In this document: in pieces, positions 18,813 to 28,559 of the stretch
Layout of the letters: the number at the start of each line of letters is the position of its first letter
How positions within the stretch are numbered: position 1 is the first letter of the stretch
From: Candidatus Poribacteria bacterium
Lineage (GTDB): Bacteria; Poribacteria; WGA-4E; PCPOR2b
Reading direction: 5' to 3'
Assembly: GCA_965208675.1 (NCBI GenBank)
Contig: OZ242351.1
Location: 3,360,001-3,424,000, forward strand
Length of the DNA stretch: 64,000 bases
Translations under genes and position numbers: made by a program
The notes under the pieces: generated by a model
Databases searched by the model: none
Seen by the model: only the letters and a program-made list of their open reading frames with translations
What the model was told of the DNA's origin: nothing

Positions 18813-18908
18813 AGCCGTATCTCCATCCGAATTATTGCTTGCCCCGGTGTTGAATTCCGGGAGTTCGCTGACCGGGAGATATGCCAATTCAGAGTAGAAG
18901 ATAAACCC

Positions 18909-19553
18909 ATGCACCGCCTCTTAAGTTCAAACGAAACCATCGACACAACTACTGTTCAAATCAACGCGCGGCACTTTTTTTATGTCAGCAACATGTTGTC
19001 CCTTGCGAGAATTGGGCTTATCCCGCTCATCGTTTACAGCATCATCCGCCACCAACATTTGATGACGCTGGTGATAGGGGGTCTGGCTATCATCACTGAT
19101 CTGCTCGACGGCTACCTAGCCCGGCGCCTGAACCAACAGTCGGACCTCGGAAAAATTCTGGACCCGATCGCCGACAAATTGGTAATCGGTGTGGTGATTC
19201 TCGCTCTGGTTCTATCGGATCGTAAATTCCCGCTGTGGGCGTTTGCGATTGTCATCATCCGCGACTGTCTAATCGTTATTGGAAACATGATTGTGTTCCG
19301 TCGCAGGAGAATCATAACGAGATCCAATCGTTGGGGCAAATGCACGAGTTTCGTGCTTTCAACAGCTCTGATGCTTTACGTTTTTAATGAATATATTCCC
19401 AATCCAATTCCGTTCTATGTGCTAACCATCGGATTGGTGTTAGCGTTGATTTCAGCGTGGAGCTACGGCAAACGCTGGTTGTATCTTATGCAGTTAAGTA
19501 ATTCCCCTCAGCCAGTGGAAACGATTAACCCCAACAAGTCCCCCTCCGCTTAG
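18909..19553 (+). CDS. CDP-alcohol phosphatidyltransferase (PgsA-like)
   Basis: N.LSLARI, TDLLDGYLARRLNQ.S.LGKILDPIADK signature. Confidence 0.9.
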   Translation: MHRLLSSNETIDTTTVQINARHFFYVSNMLSLARIGLIPLIVYSIIRHQHLMTLVIGGLAIITDLLDGYLARRLNQQSDLGKILDPIADKLVIGVVILALVLSDRKFPLWAFAIVIIRDCLIVIGNMIVFRRRRIITRSNRWGKCTSFVLSTALMLYVFNEYIPNPIPFYVLTIGLVLALISAWSYGKRWLYLMQLSNSPQPVETINPNKSPSA

Positions 19554-19575
19554 CGGTAAAAGGAAGAATCGTCGA

Positions 19576-20058
19576 ATGCCAACTACAGTCACTGTGGCTG
19601 AGATTGCGGATTTGATTGGTGTCGAAGACACCATTATCAGGAGAACTATCGAACGGCGCGACGACGATCTTCAACCCTATTTACATGAAGACCCTGAATA
19701 CAACGCCCAAAACCAATCCGATACAGATGCACCGGTTTCCGAGGTGCCAACACCTCTGCTGGATTTAGAAGGGCTGCCGCTTCTAATTACCAAACTTTCC
19801 TTTAATATTCCCACATTGGACATTATCGAAAACCTTGCCTGCCAAGTGTTGCACCTCACAGTCCTGCGAGAGGAAAAGACAGACCTCACGAGTAAAAACC
19901 GAGAACTGCAAGGTCAAAATGCAAAACTTCAAGCGCGTATCAATGATTTACAGCATCAGGTCTCGGAACTGCAAGGGGAATTAACCCGGCAAGCGGAGAT
20001 GCAATCTCGTAGTTGGATTCAGAAACTTTTCAGACGCCCCAATTCTGAGGGTTCTTGA
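19576..20058 (+). CDS. Hypothetical protein with N-terminal HTH-like segment, coiled coil and amphipathic C-terminal helix
   Basis: TVAEIADLIGV...IRR; heptad-rich region; SWIQKLFRR tail; RBS AGGA. Confidence 0.6.
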   Translation: MPTTVTVAEIADLIGVEDTIIRRTIERRDDDLQPYLHEDPEYNAQNQSDTDAPVSEVPTPLLDLEGLPLLITKLSFNIPTLDIIENLACQVLHLTVLREEKTDLTSKNRELQGQNAKLQARINDLQHQVSELQGELTRQAEMQSRSWIQKLFRRPNSEGS

Positions 20059-20159
20059 AGTTTTCTCGTGTCGTCCAAGCGGCTTTTCCCCGTACCCGTA
20101 TGGTCCAATTATAGCATAGTTCACTCAGCTTATCCATACTATTGGAATCCTCGCCGTAG

Positions 20160-20867
20160 ATGAAGAATCGCAATCAAATCGTCGCACTTGCAGCGGTAAT
20201 ATTGGGTTTGGTATTTCTCTATCAGCCGCGTTATATTCTGCTCAAGGGGATTGCGTTGCTGCTTTTAACCCTGGCTGCAATCTTGTCAGCGACCTCCTTT
20301 TCCAAAAAACGAATTGTCGAAGGCATCGCTGCAATTGGCCTTGGCACCGGATTCATATTCCTTTATCTGCCGGTATCAAAGGACACGCCCATCGTTTCGA
20401 CCCTACACGGGTCGGCGTTTCATCTCCTGTTTGCCAGCGCTATCGCGTTTGGTATGACAACCCGCCTGAAAAAAGCAGCGGCAATCGCCGCTGCAGCTAT
20501 CGCCGTCATTGGACTGGTGTTCCTTTATCAACCTTACGTATTTCTGTTCACGCTGGACATGCCGGAGGAATTCTATTCGCTCAGACAGTTGGAAGATGTG
20601 ATTCGTAACGAAGGTCACCAACTGAAAGAACGTCTTTTCCATCTCGCTCTCCTTCACAAGGATTCCGCTCTTCATTTGATGCTGGCAGGCATGATTATAG
20701 TTGCGGTTGTTTCCCCGCGGAAGGTGTTAATCGAACGCATGTCGCTTGGCGGGATTACACTCGGGTTGGTCTTTCTCTGTCAGCCGTTTTGGATCCTACT
20801 CTACCAAACAGGCTTCCAAATTCTATTGGGCGGGTTAACGGCATTCATCGTCGTCGCGCACCGGTAG
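20160..20867 (+). CDS. Hypothetical multi-pass membrane protein with internal repeats
   Basis: GLVFL(Y/C)QP repeated three times; hydrophobic. Confidence 0.65.
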   Translation: MKNRNQIVALAAVILGLVFLYQPRYILLKGIALLLLTLAAILSATSFSKKRIVEGIAAIGLGTGFIFLYLPVSKDTPIVSTLHGSAFHLLFASAIAFGMTTRLKKAAAIAAAAIAVIGLVFLYQPYVFLFTLDMPEEFYSLRQLEDVIRNEGHQLKERLFHLALLHKDSALHLMLAGMIIVAVVSPRKVLIERMSLGGITLGLVFLCQPFWILLYQTGFQILLGGLTAFIVVAHR

Positions 20868-21199
20868 GATTAGCGAACAAGCGGTCATTATCACGCCTAC
20901 TCGGGGCATTCCACAGTTCAATGACGGGTGCCCTCTCAAAACGGGAAGCGTGACGAATATTGCCTACGACCTCCCCCGCAGTCCCCCTTGCCAAAAAGCC
21001 GCTTGTTGACAAAGGGCCGACGACACTTGCAGTTTCCAATGCCGCGGCAAATCCAATCGCTAAACACATGTCTCGCGACACCCTCGCAATGAGGCATTCA
21101 AAATTCATGGTAGGGTATCGCTCAGTCCAACGGAACCAACACAGCGGATACGGTGTCTTGTCAGAATTTATTCTAACTCAATCTCTGAAGGAATTAGCA

Positions 21200-21406
21200 A
21201 TGAAAGTTAAGCGGTCTACTGGCATAAAAAGAATTACAATCTTCTGCACATTAATGTTTCCTATCCTTTTTTTGATATTGAATGCGTCATTGGCAAGAAA
21301 TCCTGATGCTAGCTGGGGGTTCACAATCCCGTTGGTAATTCTGCCATTATTCGTGTACAAGGTGGGATATTGGATAGCGGACGGATTTCGACGGGACAAA
21401 GAGTAA
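21200..21406 (+). CDS. Small 2-TM hypothetical protein
   Basis: ATG 21200 with AAGGA RBS; MKVKRSTGIKRITIFC...WIADGFRRDKE. Confidence 0.5.
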   Translation: MKVKRSTGIKRITIFCTLMFPILFLILNASLARNPDASWGFTIPLVILPLFVYKVGYWIADGFRRDKE

Positions 21407-21478
21407 ACGCCTTTGTTGCCTGTGAAATGATATGCAGCAGCGGTGTTGATGCCTTAAGACTCAAATTTAATTCTCTGG

Positions 21479-22135
21479 CTAGCGCAGTTGCATTATTGCA
21501 TCACACGCTCTCTTTGAATCGTTTCCGTTAAAATCGGGCGCTTGTTCAGAATTGAGTGCCCCATTGTCTTCTAAAGCGGCGGGTTTCCAGGGTTTCCAAG
21601 TGCCCTTTGGTCCATCAAATTTAAGTACCTCTTTCATTCTATCGGCTTCAAATGCGCAATAAAATGAATTAGAATGAACGGCAATCATTGGATAATCTTC
21701 ATACCTGTAGCCATTGGTTTTTAGCCAAAGCCCAAATACGACCGACCGATGATTGCCATCTTCCACTCGGAACGAACAATCAGGATTACGTTTCTTTTCG
21801 CAGCCTAGTTCACAGTTGCGGATTAAAATTCTAGGCATCATGCCGTAATCAAAATCGTACCCCAAGGCAACTAGCCGTTTAAACCACGTTCTAACACCAT
21901 TAACCCTATCTGCCTCGGGCATTATATTGTTCAAAATTTCCCCAGGATTTGAATATGTCCGATTGTCGTTCTTTTCAAAAACACTGTCAATAACTTTGGA
22001 TATCTTCATTCCGCACCACTCATCATCATACTCAAATCGATCTTCAGGATTAGATGAACGCGGATAGAAAAACATCAAATTCCAAAAATCCTTCTCTTCC
22101 AAAGCAAATTTGGTAATAATGTATTCCTGATTCAA
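21479..22135 (-). CDS. Hypothetical protein with a ParB/Srx-like motif
   Basis: FRVEDGNHRS motif; AT-rich; GGAGG RBS. Confidence 0.5.
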   Translation of the reverse strand: MNQEYIITKFALEEKDFWNLMFFYPRSSNPEDRFEYDDEWCGMKISKVIDSVFEKNDNRTYSNPGEILNNIMPEADRVNGVRTWFKRLVALGYDFDYGMMPRILIRNCELGCEKKRNPDCSFRVEDGNHRSVVFGLWLKTNGYRYEDYPMIAVHSNSFYCAFEADRMKEVLKFDGPKGTWKPWKPAALEDNGALNSEQAPDFNGNDSKRACDAIMQLR

Positions 22136-22341
22136 GATTGGCCTCCTATGTTTTGCAATACTAATGCAAAAGTTTCATGGCAACAATATACACCTAATGC
22201 CATCAAAAAATAGATTAAAGCCACGAAAAAATATAGAGTCTCGAATACCCAATCGGCGTTCCGCAGTTTCTTGTCGAGGATGTAACTTAGGATTTTTCTC
22301 CTTGTAACAATACCCACAATTACTGTTTGAGACACTGCCAT
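22132..22341 (-). CDS. Small membrane protein; short or truncated paralog of 23755..24078
   Basis: RKILSYILDKKLRNADWVFETL versus RKPLSYILDKKPRKIEWAFETL. Confidence 0.5.
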   Translation of the reverse strand: MAVSQTVIVGIVTRRKILSYILDKKLRNADWVFETLYFFVALIYFLMALGVYCCHETFALVLQNIGGQS

Positions 22342-22368
22342 TGCAATCCGTGTGGTAATGTAGCGTTG

Positions 22369-22812
22369 TCAATGGGTTGTTGCAGGGGCTACCGTGTCTC
22401 GAATGTGCCTTCCGAGGCGTTGATAGTAAATAAATTTAATTGTGGCACCAAATAAAACATCGTACAAATCTCCCAGATTTGGCATTACAACAATATACAC
22501 AATCACTACTGGAATTAATGCGATAGCAAATCGAATGGATACTACCCAGCCTAAAATGAGATATTTTTTTATTAGGTTGAATCCCTCTTTTCCGCCGTTC
22601 TGCCGATACACGTAGTACGTACCGCCGATTGCGATTATAACGGTTAGGCACAGCGATAGGAAGCCATACCCATTCGATAATCTATCTGCTTCAGAGTAGG
22701 AGCCAAGAGCGAAAAGAACGGCGTAAATTATCAAATAGGGCAGTGCTTCCCTGTCACTAAGAGAATTGGTCCTCAACTTGTGTTTCAGTGGATGGTAGAA
22801 GACAAAATACAT
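22369..22812 (-). CDS. Hypothetical membrane protein
   Basis: Four hydrophobic segments, NGGKEGF.LI..Y..LGWV..IRF; AGGAGG RBS. Confidence 0.65.
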   Translation of the reverse strand: MYFVFYHPLKHKLRTNSLSDREALPYLIIYAVLFALGSYSEADRLSNGYGFLSLCLTVIIAIGGTYYVYRQNGGKEGFNLIKKYLILGWVVSIRFAIALIPVVIVYIVVMPNLGDLYDVLFGATIKFIYYQRLGRHIRDTVAPATTH

Positions 22813-22906
22813 TACCTCAACATACCTCCTTCCTTATTTCAAGAATTAAAGTATTGTTGCAACAGAGAGCAGTCGAACGAAAGAGCCGCGGGGTGCGTTT
22901 TCGCGG

Positions 22907-23305
22907 TTAACTATTTAGTTTTCGGCGTAATGCCGGTCCAAGTAAAATCACCGTCGCGGATCCTACAAATAATCCATTGACTCCACTCAAGATTGTAGAG
23001 TTGAGGTCAGGCGAAACGGTCAAAATTCCAAAGATAAAACCGAACACTCCGCCAAGCAGGAATCCAATCGTATACAACACTTGTGCGGCTCTATTATGTC
23101 CATCGTTTAGTCTGTATGTCCATAGGATTCCGAGAAACCCGCCGTACACTGCCCCGATGGTTGCCAGGACAGGGATGGCACTACCCGGAACTTTGTCGCT
23201 CGACGGAATGATTAATGGGAGCGCCCACAATAACAGCGGCGTTAAAACGGCGCCGCCAAATATGCAAGTGAGGAGCTTGAGGAATATTAATCTACGAAGT
23301 TTCAT
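22907..23305 (-). CDS. Gly-rich 4-TM membrane protein (paralog family A)
   Basis: KLLTCIFGGA, IP.L...GAVYG, IGF.LGG shared with 23333..23710; GGAGG RBS. Confidence 0.65.
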   Translation of the reverse strand: MKLRRLIFLKLLTCIFGGAVLTPLLLWALPLIIPSSDKVPGSAIPVLATIGAVYGGFLGILWTYRLNDGHNRAAQVLYTIGFLLGGVFGFIFGILTVSPDLNSTILSGVNGLFVGSATVILLGPALRRKLNS

Positions 23306-23332
23306 TTTGACAAATCCTCCTTTTTGCGGGAT

Positions 23333-23710
23333 TTACTTTTTTCTTTTTCGCCAAAAAAATAGTAGAATGGGGATGCTAATAAAGATAGCTGCTCCGCTAC
23401 TAGCAAATGCAGAGTTGTGGTCAATCGAAATTCCGTAGATAAAGCCGTAAAATCCACCCAGCATGAAACCGATGCCGGAAAAGACCATCGCTATTCTGTT
23501 CTGTTCAATCTTGTGCCTGTATGCCCGCAATATGCCGATAACTATACCGTAAACCGCACCCATACCAGTAAGGGCGGGTATTTCGGCAACCCTCACGTTA
23601 TCGGTTGATGGTAGGATAACGGTGCATACCCACGTGAACAACGTTAGGAACGCCGCACCTCCCGCCGCGCAGACGAGGATATTGAGAACTGCTTGTGCGC
23701 GAAATGTCAT
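23333..23710 (-). CDS. Gly-rich 4-TM membrane protein (paralog family A)
   Basis: NILVCAAGGA, IPALTGMGAVYG, IGFMLGGFYGFIYG. Confidence 0.65.
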   Translation of the reverse strand: MTFRAQAVLNILVCAAGGAAFLTLFTWVCTVILPSTDNVRVAEIPALTGMGAVYGIVIGILRAYRHKIEQNRIAMVFSGIGFMLGGFYGFIYGISIDHNSAFASSGAAIFISIPILLFFWRKRKK

Positions 23711-23754
23711 AACGAATTTTCCTCCATTGCTCTATTCCATCGTGTCATGATTCG

Positions 23755-24078
23755 TCACCTGTTTTTGTAGTTCGCGTATATGAGCAGACAGAAGTACGCC
23801 ACACTCATTATCAATTGCGCTGAAATAAAGACAAAAATAAGCTGATACGGACGCGATTGACTCACATCGGGAACCATTAGTTTCCAGTAAAACAACAGCG
23901 AAACACCGATTAAAGCCAAGAGAATACGTAGAGTCTCGAATGCCCATTCGATCTTCCGCGGTTTCTTGTCGAGTATGTAACTTAGGGGTTTTCGCTTTGT
24001 TACAAAGCCTATAATTAGATAGATACAAGAGAAGATGAGTGCGGTTGCACCGAAAGCGGCGAATACTAGTAGTATCAT
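23755..24078 (-). CDS. 3-TM membrane protein (paralog family B)
   Basis: GGAGG RBS 8 nt before ATG 24078; DNA-level similarity to about 22210-22320. Confidence 0.6.
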   Translation of the reverse strand: MILLVFAAFGATALIFSCIYLIIGFVTKRKPLSYILDKKPRKIEWAFETLRILLALIGVSLLFYWKLMVPDVSQSRPYQLIFVFISAQLIMSVAYFCLLIYANYKNR

Positions 24079-24177
24079 GACCAAAGCCTCCTTATAGTGC
24101 TGGCAACCTCGTTACCGTGGTGGGGCGATTGAGAAACGTAGGCATGCCGGTATCGTGTAGTCATGAAGGGGTGTCCT

Positions 24178-24525
24178 TCACTTTGAGCGGAATGCGCCGA
24201 TGGCCACGAGCGCCGGTACTGTACCGATATACGCACCCAATATAAGGGCTAACCCTAACAGGTTGTCGTTTCCCACGATAGCCGTAAATACACCTCCCAA
24301 TACAGAACCAGTCACAGGAAAGGCGATAAGGACTTGCCGCGCCGTTTTGTGATTGATTGCCCAAGATATACCGCAACACGCGCCGGCAAGCAGGCACAAG
24401 TTTACTATTCCATAGCTGATTGGGTGTAAGGCTACGTATAACACTCCGCCCGTGAGTGCGCCTCCGACGGCGCAGGTGAGAATTTTGACAAAAACAGGAA
24501 ATGGAATCAGGTGGCGTCTTGGCAT
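24178..24525 (-). CDS. Gly-rich 4-TM membrane protein (distant member of family A)
   Basis: KILTCAVGGALTGG; GGAGG RBS; upstream sequence resembles that of 23305. Confidence 0.6.
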   Translation of the reverse strand: MPRRHLIPFPVFVKILTCAVGGALTGGVLYVALHPISYGIVNLCLLAGACCGISWAINHKTARQVLIAFPVTGSVLGGVFTAIVGNDNLLGLALILGAYIGTVPALVAIGAFRSK

Positions 24526-24900
24526 TCGAAAGAACCTCCTTTATTTGCGGGTTAGTACCTGTTGGCGGGGGTAGTTCTGCACGCCTAGCTATGGCTTGGC
24601 AATCCGCAAAATAAGATGCCAGCCTACACCCAGCGGCGAGGATGAAAAAGCAAGACGTTGGCGGCCTGTCCGCTATGTGTAAAATTTAGCACACATTTTA
24701 ACGAGCGTCAAGGATTTCTGCCTAACTTTTAATTCCTTGGGCGGCGGAAAACACTGTCGCCGTCGCTATTCGCCCAGTTGACCAATTTTCAGGGGAGAGT
24801 TTGTTGGAGGGAAATTTGGCTTCGCTTTGGGTTCGTTTCGCAAAATGACGGGAATAAGGCTAGCGGTTTTCGGGGCATTTGCAGATTACAAGTTTATCAG

Positions 24901-25267
24901 CTTTTGTAGGTTGGGTAGAGCGGGTACACCGAAACATGCCCATTATAACCAATCGATTTGTAGGCTAACTTTGTGCAAGATATGTGGGCCGCAGCGAAGC
25001 CCAACGATCAACCGACCGAATACGGAGGGCGATAGTCTTCGTATTTCATAACCTCCGCCACTCCAAAACACATTCCACCTCCCCAATTACCAAACACCCC
25101 CCTTTTTTATTCGAATCAGCCTAGTGGCGGCATCTGTCAACAGGTTACCCGAACGTTCCAAAAACGATGGGTTTTGGAAAAGACTAAAGGAAAACTATCG
25201 CCCTCCCTCTTCGGTCGGTTGATCCTTCGCTATTCGCTCAGTTGATTGCTCTACCCAACCTACAAAA
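24901..25267. repeat. REP-bounded non-coding element, copy A (direct repeat of 29221..29591)
   Basis: Ends TTTTGTAGGTTGGGTAGAGC ... GCTCTACCCAACCTACAAAA; about 275 bp (24901-25175) closely matches 29221-29495. Confidence 0.9.
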
Positions 25268-25360
25268 ACCCGTCCAAACAGGGTTCTAGATTCTATTCGG
25301 TGGGTAAACCGCATGCATCGTCCTCGCGCATCGGTAGGAATTTCTGGATTGCCCATGTTT

Positions 25361-25912
25361 TTAGGATGGGGTGTGCGCCCAAGTGCGGAGTTGGCGATGA
25401 TCATCCGGCGGGGCGCCGTTTTGAAGCCAATCTAGGGGTTCTTCTTCTGTACGGTCTGGATTCACCCAAACAATGTGTTGGATTTCGCCAACACGTTGAG
25501 TAGCGCGGGCAAAACAGCCCCGGACAGTTTCATCAAGAGAGATAATGGTTTGGTCAGTTACTAGCGCTGCTTCGAGGAGGTGGAAATCCTTCCACATCGC
25601 TTTGACCTCATTTTCACGGGATGTTGAAGTTTCGATTTTATTGCACAACGCTTGGTTCAAAGCCGATCCGACATAATGAAATCTCTTTCTAGCAACCATC
25701 GATTTCAGCCATGTGCGTGCAAACACCGATCGAATCCTATTCCATTCCGCCGAAAGTTCGGGGGTCATGACAATGTGATGCCGGCATTCGGTCCGAAACG
25801 ATTCAAGAAATTCGGTGCAGTTGATTGATACCGAAGCCGTTGCCTCCTCTCCGCCGGCAGCCCGTCCAACCGAGACATTCACAACAAGCCGCTTGAAATT
25901 CGTTGGCCGCAT
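25361..25912 (-). CDS. PIN-fold-like protein
   Basis: LVVNVSV (PIN VDxxV-like, with Asn), EW, KDFHLLEAAL..DQTIISLD; starts 2 nt after the ATPase stop. Confidence 0.6.
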   Translation of the reverse strand: MRPTNFKRLVVNVSVGRAAGGEEATASVSINCTEFLESFRTECRHHIVMTPELSAEWNRIRSVFARTWLKSMVARKRFHYVGSALNQALCNKIETSTSRENEVKAMWKDFHLLEAALVTDQTIISLDETVRGCFARATQRVGEIQHIVWVNPDRTEEEPLDWLQNGAPPDDHRQLRTWAHTPS

Positions 25913-25913
25913 A

Positions 25914-27218
25914 TCATGCTCTTTCAGCCAAACGCAATTGGGCTGCGTTTAGATAACGGCTCTGTGCCTTCAGATCGACATCGTCAAAGTCCTCGGGCCA
26001 GTCCCCGTAAGCCCCCGCCTCGTCGAGATCTGCACAGTTGATTTCGGTGGCGCCGTTTTCGCGCCGTGTGAACCAATGTAGTTTCACCAAATTCGGAGAA
26101 AGGTCTCCTTCGGCAACGAACGTTTGAACCGCCAAAAGCAGCAGCGAACTGTGCGTTTCCGCAACGACGCGAACGCCGCGTTTCGCCGCATCTGCCAGTA
26201 TTTGCGCCAACTTGACTTGTGCACGCGGGTGGAGGTGCATCTCCGGCTGTTCCAGATAGACCAACTGCCCCGGTTCCGCAACAATCAGCGCTACTAATAT
26301 AGGCAACACTTGGGACACACCGCATCCCACATCGGCGATGCTGACCATGTCCGTTTGAGCGGTGCCGCGGTGAGGAAGGCGACCGACTTGCAGTTCGATG
26401 CGGGCGTCCCCGATTTTTTTTGTACCCACCCTGCCGGTAAGCCCAAGCGTGTGAAGAGCATTGGCTAACGTATCCAAGTGTTCATCTGTTGTCTCCTGCC
26501 AACTGTGAATAATACTCGCTACGTAATTCTCAAATGTGCCGAGATATCGTGGACCGGTGCTGGTTAGTTTGTAGAGGCGTTCTGGATTGCCACGTAGTCC
26601 GGGGAGGTGAATACAGTTGACAATGTTAAACGCGAGGTCATGGGTAAAGTCTACCACCTTATGACGATCTTGAGATTCCAAATGCAAAAAACATCGAGAG
26701 CGCCCTACGACATCAAGATCTTCACGCAAATCTTTGGGCATCGAATCTTCTTCAGCCAGCATTTTGATTTTTTCAACCGACATCTCAGGATACAGGGTAA
26801 TGGACTTGAAGGACACCTCCAACGGTTGGTCAGTCTCTAATTTTCTTTCTCTAATCATTTCGGAAAGTTCAATTCCACTTGCCCCTTTTCTGAAAGTCGT
26901 TCTCACCGAAATAGACTCATCACTCTCAATCCGAAGCCGAAAATACTCCGCCCCTTTTTCACCGATTAACTTTGACAAGAATTGCGCCGCCGACGTAAAC
27001 TGCGCATTTGGGCCATCAATCAACAACGGTCCCGGATCATACGGCGCTTCCAGTGTCTGCTTCAGCATCAATAGCGGTTGCATGATGCTCGATTTGCCGG
27101 AGCTATTCGCACCGGCAAGAAGCGTCAGCGGACGGATGTCAATTGCGCACTCGTTCGCGAGTGACTTGAAGCCGCTCACAGTTATCTTGGTAATGCCTTC
27201 GATCGTTTCCTTCGACAT
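25914..27218 (-). CDS. ABC-type (AAA_15/AAA_21) ATPase with DUF3696-like C-terminus
   Basis: GFKS, LLAGANSSGKSS (Walker A), VGCGVSQVLP, YLEQPEMHLHP (Walker B), ETHS, G.WPEDFDD; AGGAG RBS before ATG 27218. Confidence 0.88.
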   Translation of the reverse strand: MSKETIEGITKITVSGFKSLANECAIDIRPLTLLAGANSSGKSSIMQPLLMLKQTLEAPYDPGPLLIDGPNAQFTSAAQFLSKLIGEKGAEYFRLRIESDESISVRTTFRKGASGIELSEMIRERKLETDQPLEVSFKSITLYPEMSVEKIKMLAEEDSMPKDLREDLDVVGRSRCFLHLESQDRHKVVDFTHDLAFNIVNCIHLPGLRGNPERLYKLTSTGPRYLGTFENYVASIIHSWQETTDEHLDTLANALHTLGLTGRVGTKKIGDARIELQVGRLPHRGTAQTDMVSIADVGCGVSQVLPILVALIVAEPGQLVYLEQPEMHLHPRAQVKLAQILADAAKRGVRVVAETHSSLLLLAVQTFVAEGDLSPNLVKLHWFTRRENGATEINCADLDEAGAYGDWPEDFDDVDLKAQSRYLNAAQLRLAERA

Positions 27219-27287
27219 GAGTGAAACGCTCCTTTTCCTCTGGTAAAAATGAGACAACCATCAGGCCGCATCGTGGTAGCTTATCAC

Positions 27288-28559
27288 TTACGGTTGCGGA
27301 GAATTTGATACTGGACTGATTTGTTCTGACAGGTTTGCAGCGAGGACGTTTTCGAACGATACGTTCATGTTTGTCTCCAACTCTTTCGCAGCCGTTCGGT
27401 CTAATCTGAGGTTTTTAAGTGATTCTAGCAGTAACCACGTCTCGCCATGGTTATTATCCGTGTCGGCATAATTGGGATTCAGTTTTATGGCTTTATTATA
27501 GTCTTTAACGGCGCGGTCAACCTCACCTTTGACATCGTAGGCGATACTGCGATTGTAATAGGCATCTGCATAATCTGAATTAAGCCGTATCGCTTTGTCA
27601 AAGTCAGCGATGGCACGGTCAACCTCGCCTTTGCGGCCGTAAACCAGGCCACGGCAGCAATATGCGTCGGCGTGATTCGGCTTTAACTGTATGGCTTTAT
27701 TATAGTCTGTGATGGCGAGTTCATACTCGCCTTTATCATCTTGAATGACGCCCCGATTATGATATGCGTCGGCGTCATTTGGGTTCAAATGTATAACCTT
27801 ATTGTAGTCTTCGATGGCAAGTTCATACTCGCCTCTGTGTCGATGAGTCAAGCCTCGATTGTAATGGGCATCGGCATAATTGGGATCCAGTTGTATGGCT
27901 TTGTTGAAGTCTTTGATGGCAAGGTTATATTCGCTCATTTTATCGTAAACATTGCCCCGGTTGTTATACGCTTTAGCGTCATTCGGTTCCATTTGAATTG
28001 CTCGGTTATAGTCTACAATGCTGTGGTTGTACTCGCCTATGTCAAGGTACGCAGCCCCGCGGTTGAAATAGGCCTCCGGGAATTCCGCATTAAGTTCGAT
28101 TGCTCTGTTAAAGTCGCAAATAGCCCGGTCGTAATCTCCATTGTCCATGTAGAAAACGCCCCGGCTGTAATAGGGGTAGGCGTTATTTGGATTTAATTCT
28201 ATGGCTTTGTTAAAGTCGGTGATGAAATTATCATAATCGCCTTTTTGATGGTAAACCAAACCACGAAAGTAATAGACGTCCGAACATGGGTTCAGTTCCA
28301 TTACAGCGTTAGTTTCCTCAAGGGCTAGATCGTATTCTTCAAGTAAGTAATACATTAAACCGCTCAATGAACGTACTTTGTAAATAAGGTCTTTGTTCTC
28401 ACCCTGCGCTTTGGCGATGCTTTGAAGTGCTAACAAAAATGCGACGGAGTCACCGTCTTTTTGGTATTCCTCTATAGAAACTTCGAGATAGACGATTGCC
28501 TCCTCGCGGTCGGCAAGCCTTTCGACTAGGTAATCGCGGTAGTTTCTCATTCGCCTCAT
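27288..28559 (-). CDS. Addiction-module antidote (HI1420-like) N-terminal domain fused to about 9 TPR repeats
   Basis: YRDYLVERLADREEAIVYLEVSIEE..DGDSVAFLLALQSIAKAQG, then 34-aa AY.NRG..Y...GEY..AI.D.NKAI.L.P repeats; ATGA overlap with the toxin stop. Confidence 0.85.
   Translation of the reverse strand: MRRMRNYRDYLVERLADREEAIVYLEVSIEEYQKDGDSVAFLLALQSIAKAQGENKDLIYKVRSLSGLMYYLLEEYDLALEETNAVMELNPCSDVYYFRGLVYHQKGDYDNFITDFNKAIELNPNNAYPYYSRGVFYMDNGDYDRAICDFNRAIELNAEFPEAYFNRGAAYLDIGEYNHSIVDYNRAIQMEPNDAKAYNNRGNVYDKMSEYNLAIKDFNKAIQLDPNYADAHYNRGLTHRHRGEYELAIEDYNKVIHLNPNDADAYHNRGVIQDDKGEYELAITDYNKAIQLKPNHADAYCCRGLVYGRKGEVDRAIADFDKAIRLNSDYADAYYNRSIAYDVKGEVDRAVKDYNKAIKLNPNYADTDNNHGETWLLLESLKNLRLDRTAAKELETNMNVSFENVLAANLSEQISPVSNSPQP

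Noticed and set aside
21479-24790. Integron cassette array (attC sites) explaining the small-gene cluster
   Set aside because: No convincing RYYYAAC...GTTRRRY pairs with matching inner boxes (GCCTAAC near 24720 has only a poor partner), and no integrase is present.
24827-25503. Short ORFs in the repeat elements (24827..25051, 25195..25404, 25246..25503; also 29263..29481)
   Set aside because: They lie within non-coding REP-bounded repeats, are not conserved in frame between copies and show no protein motifs.
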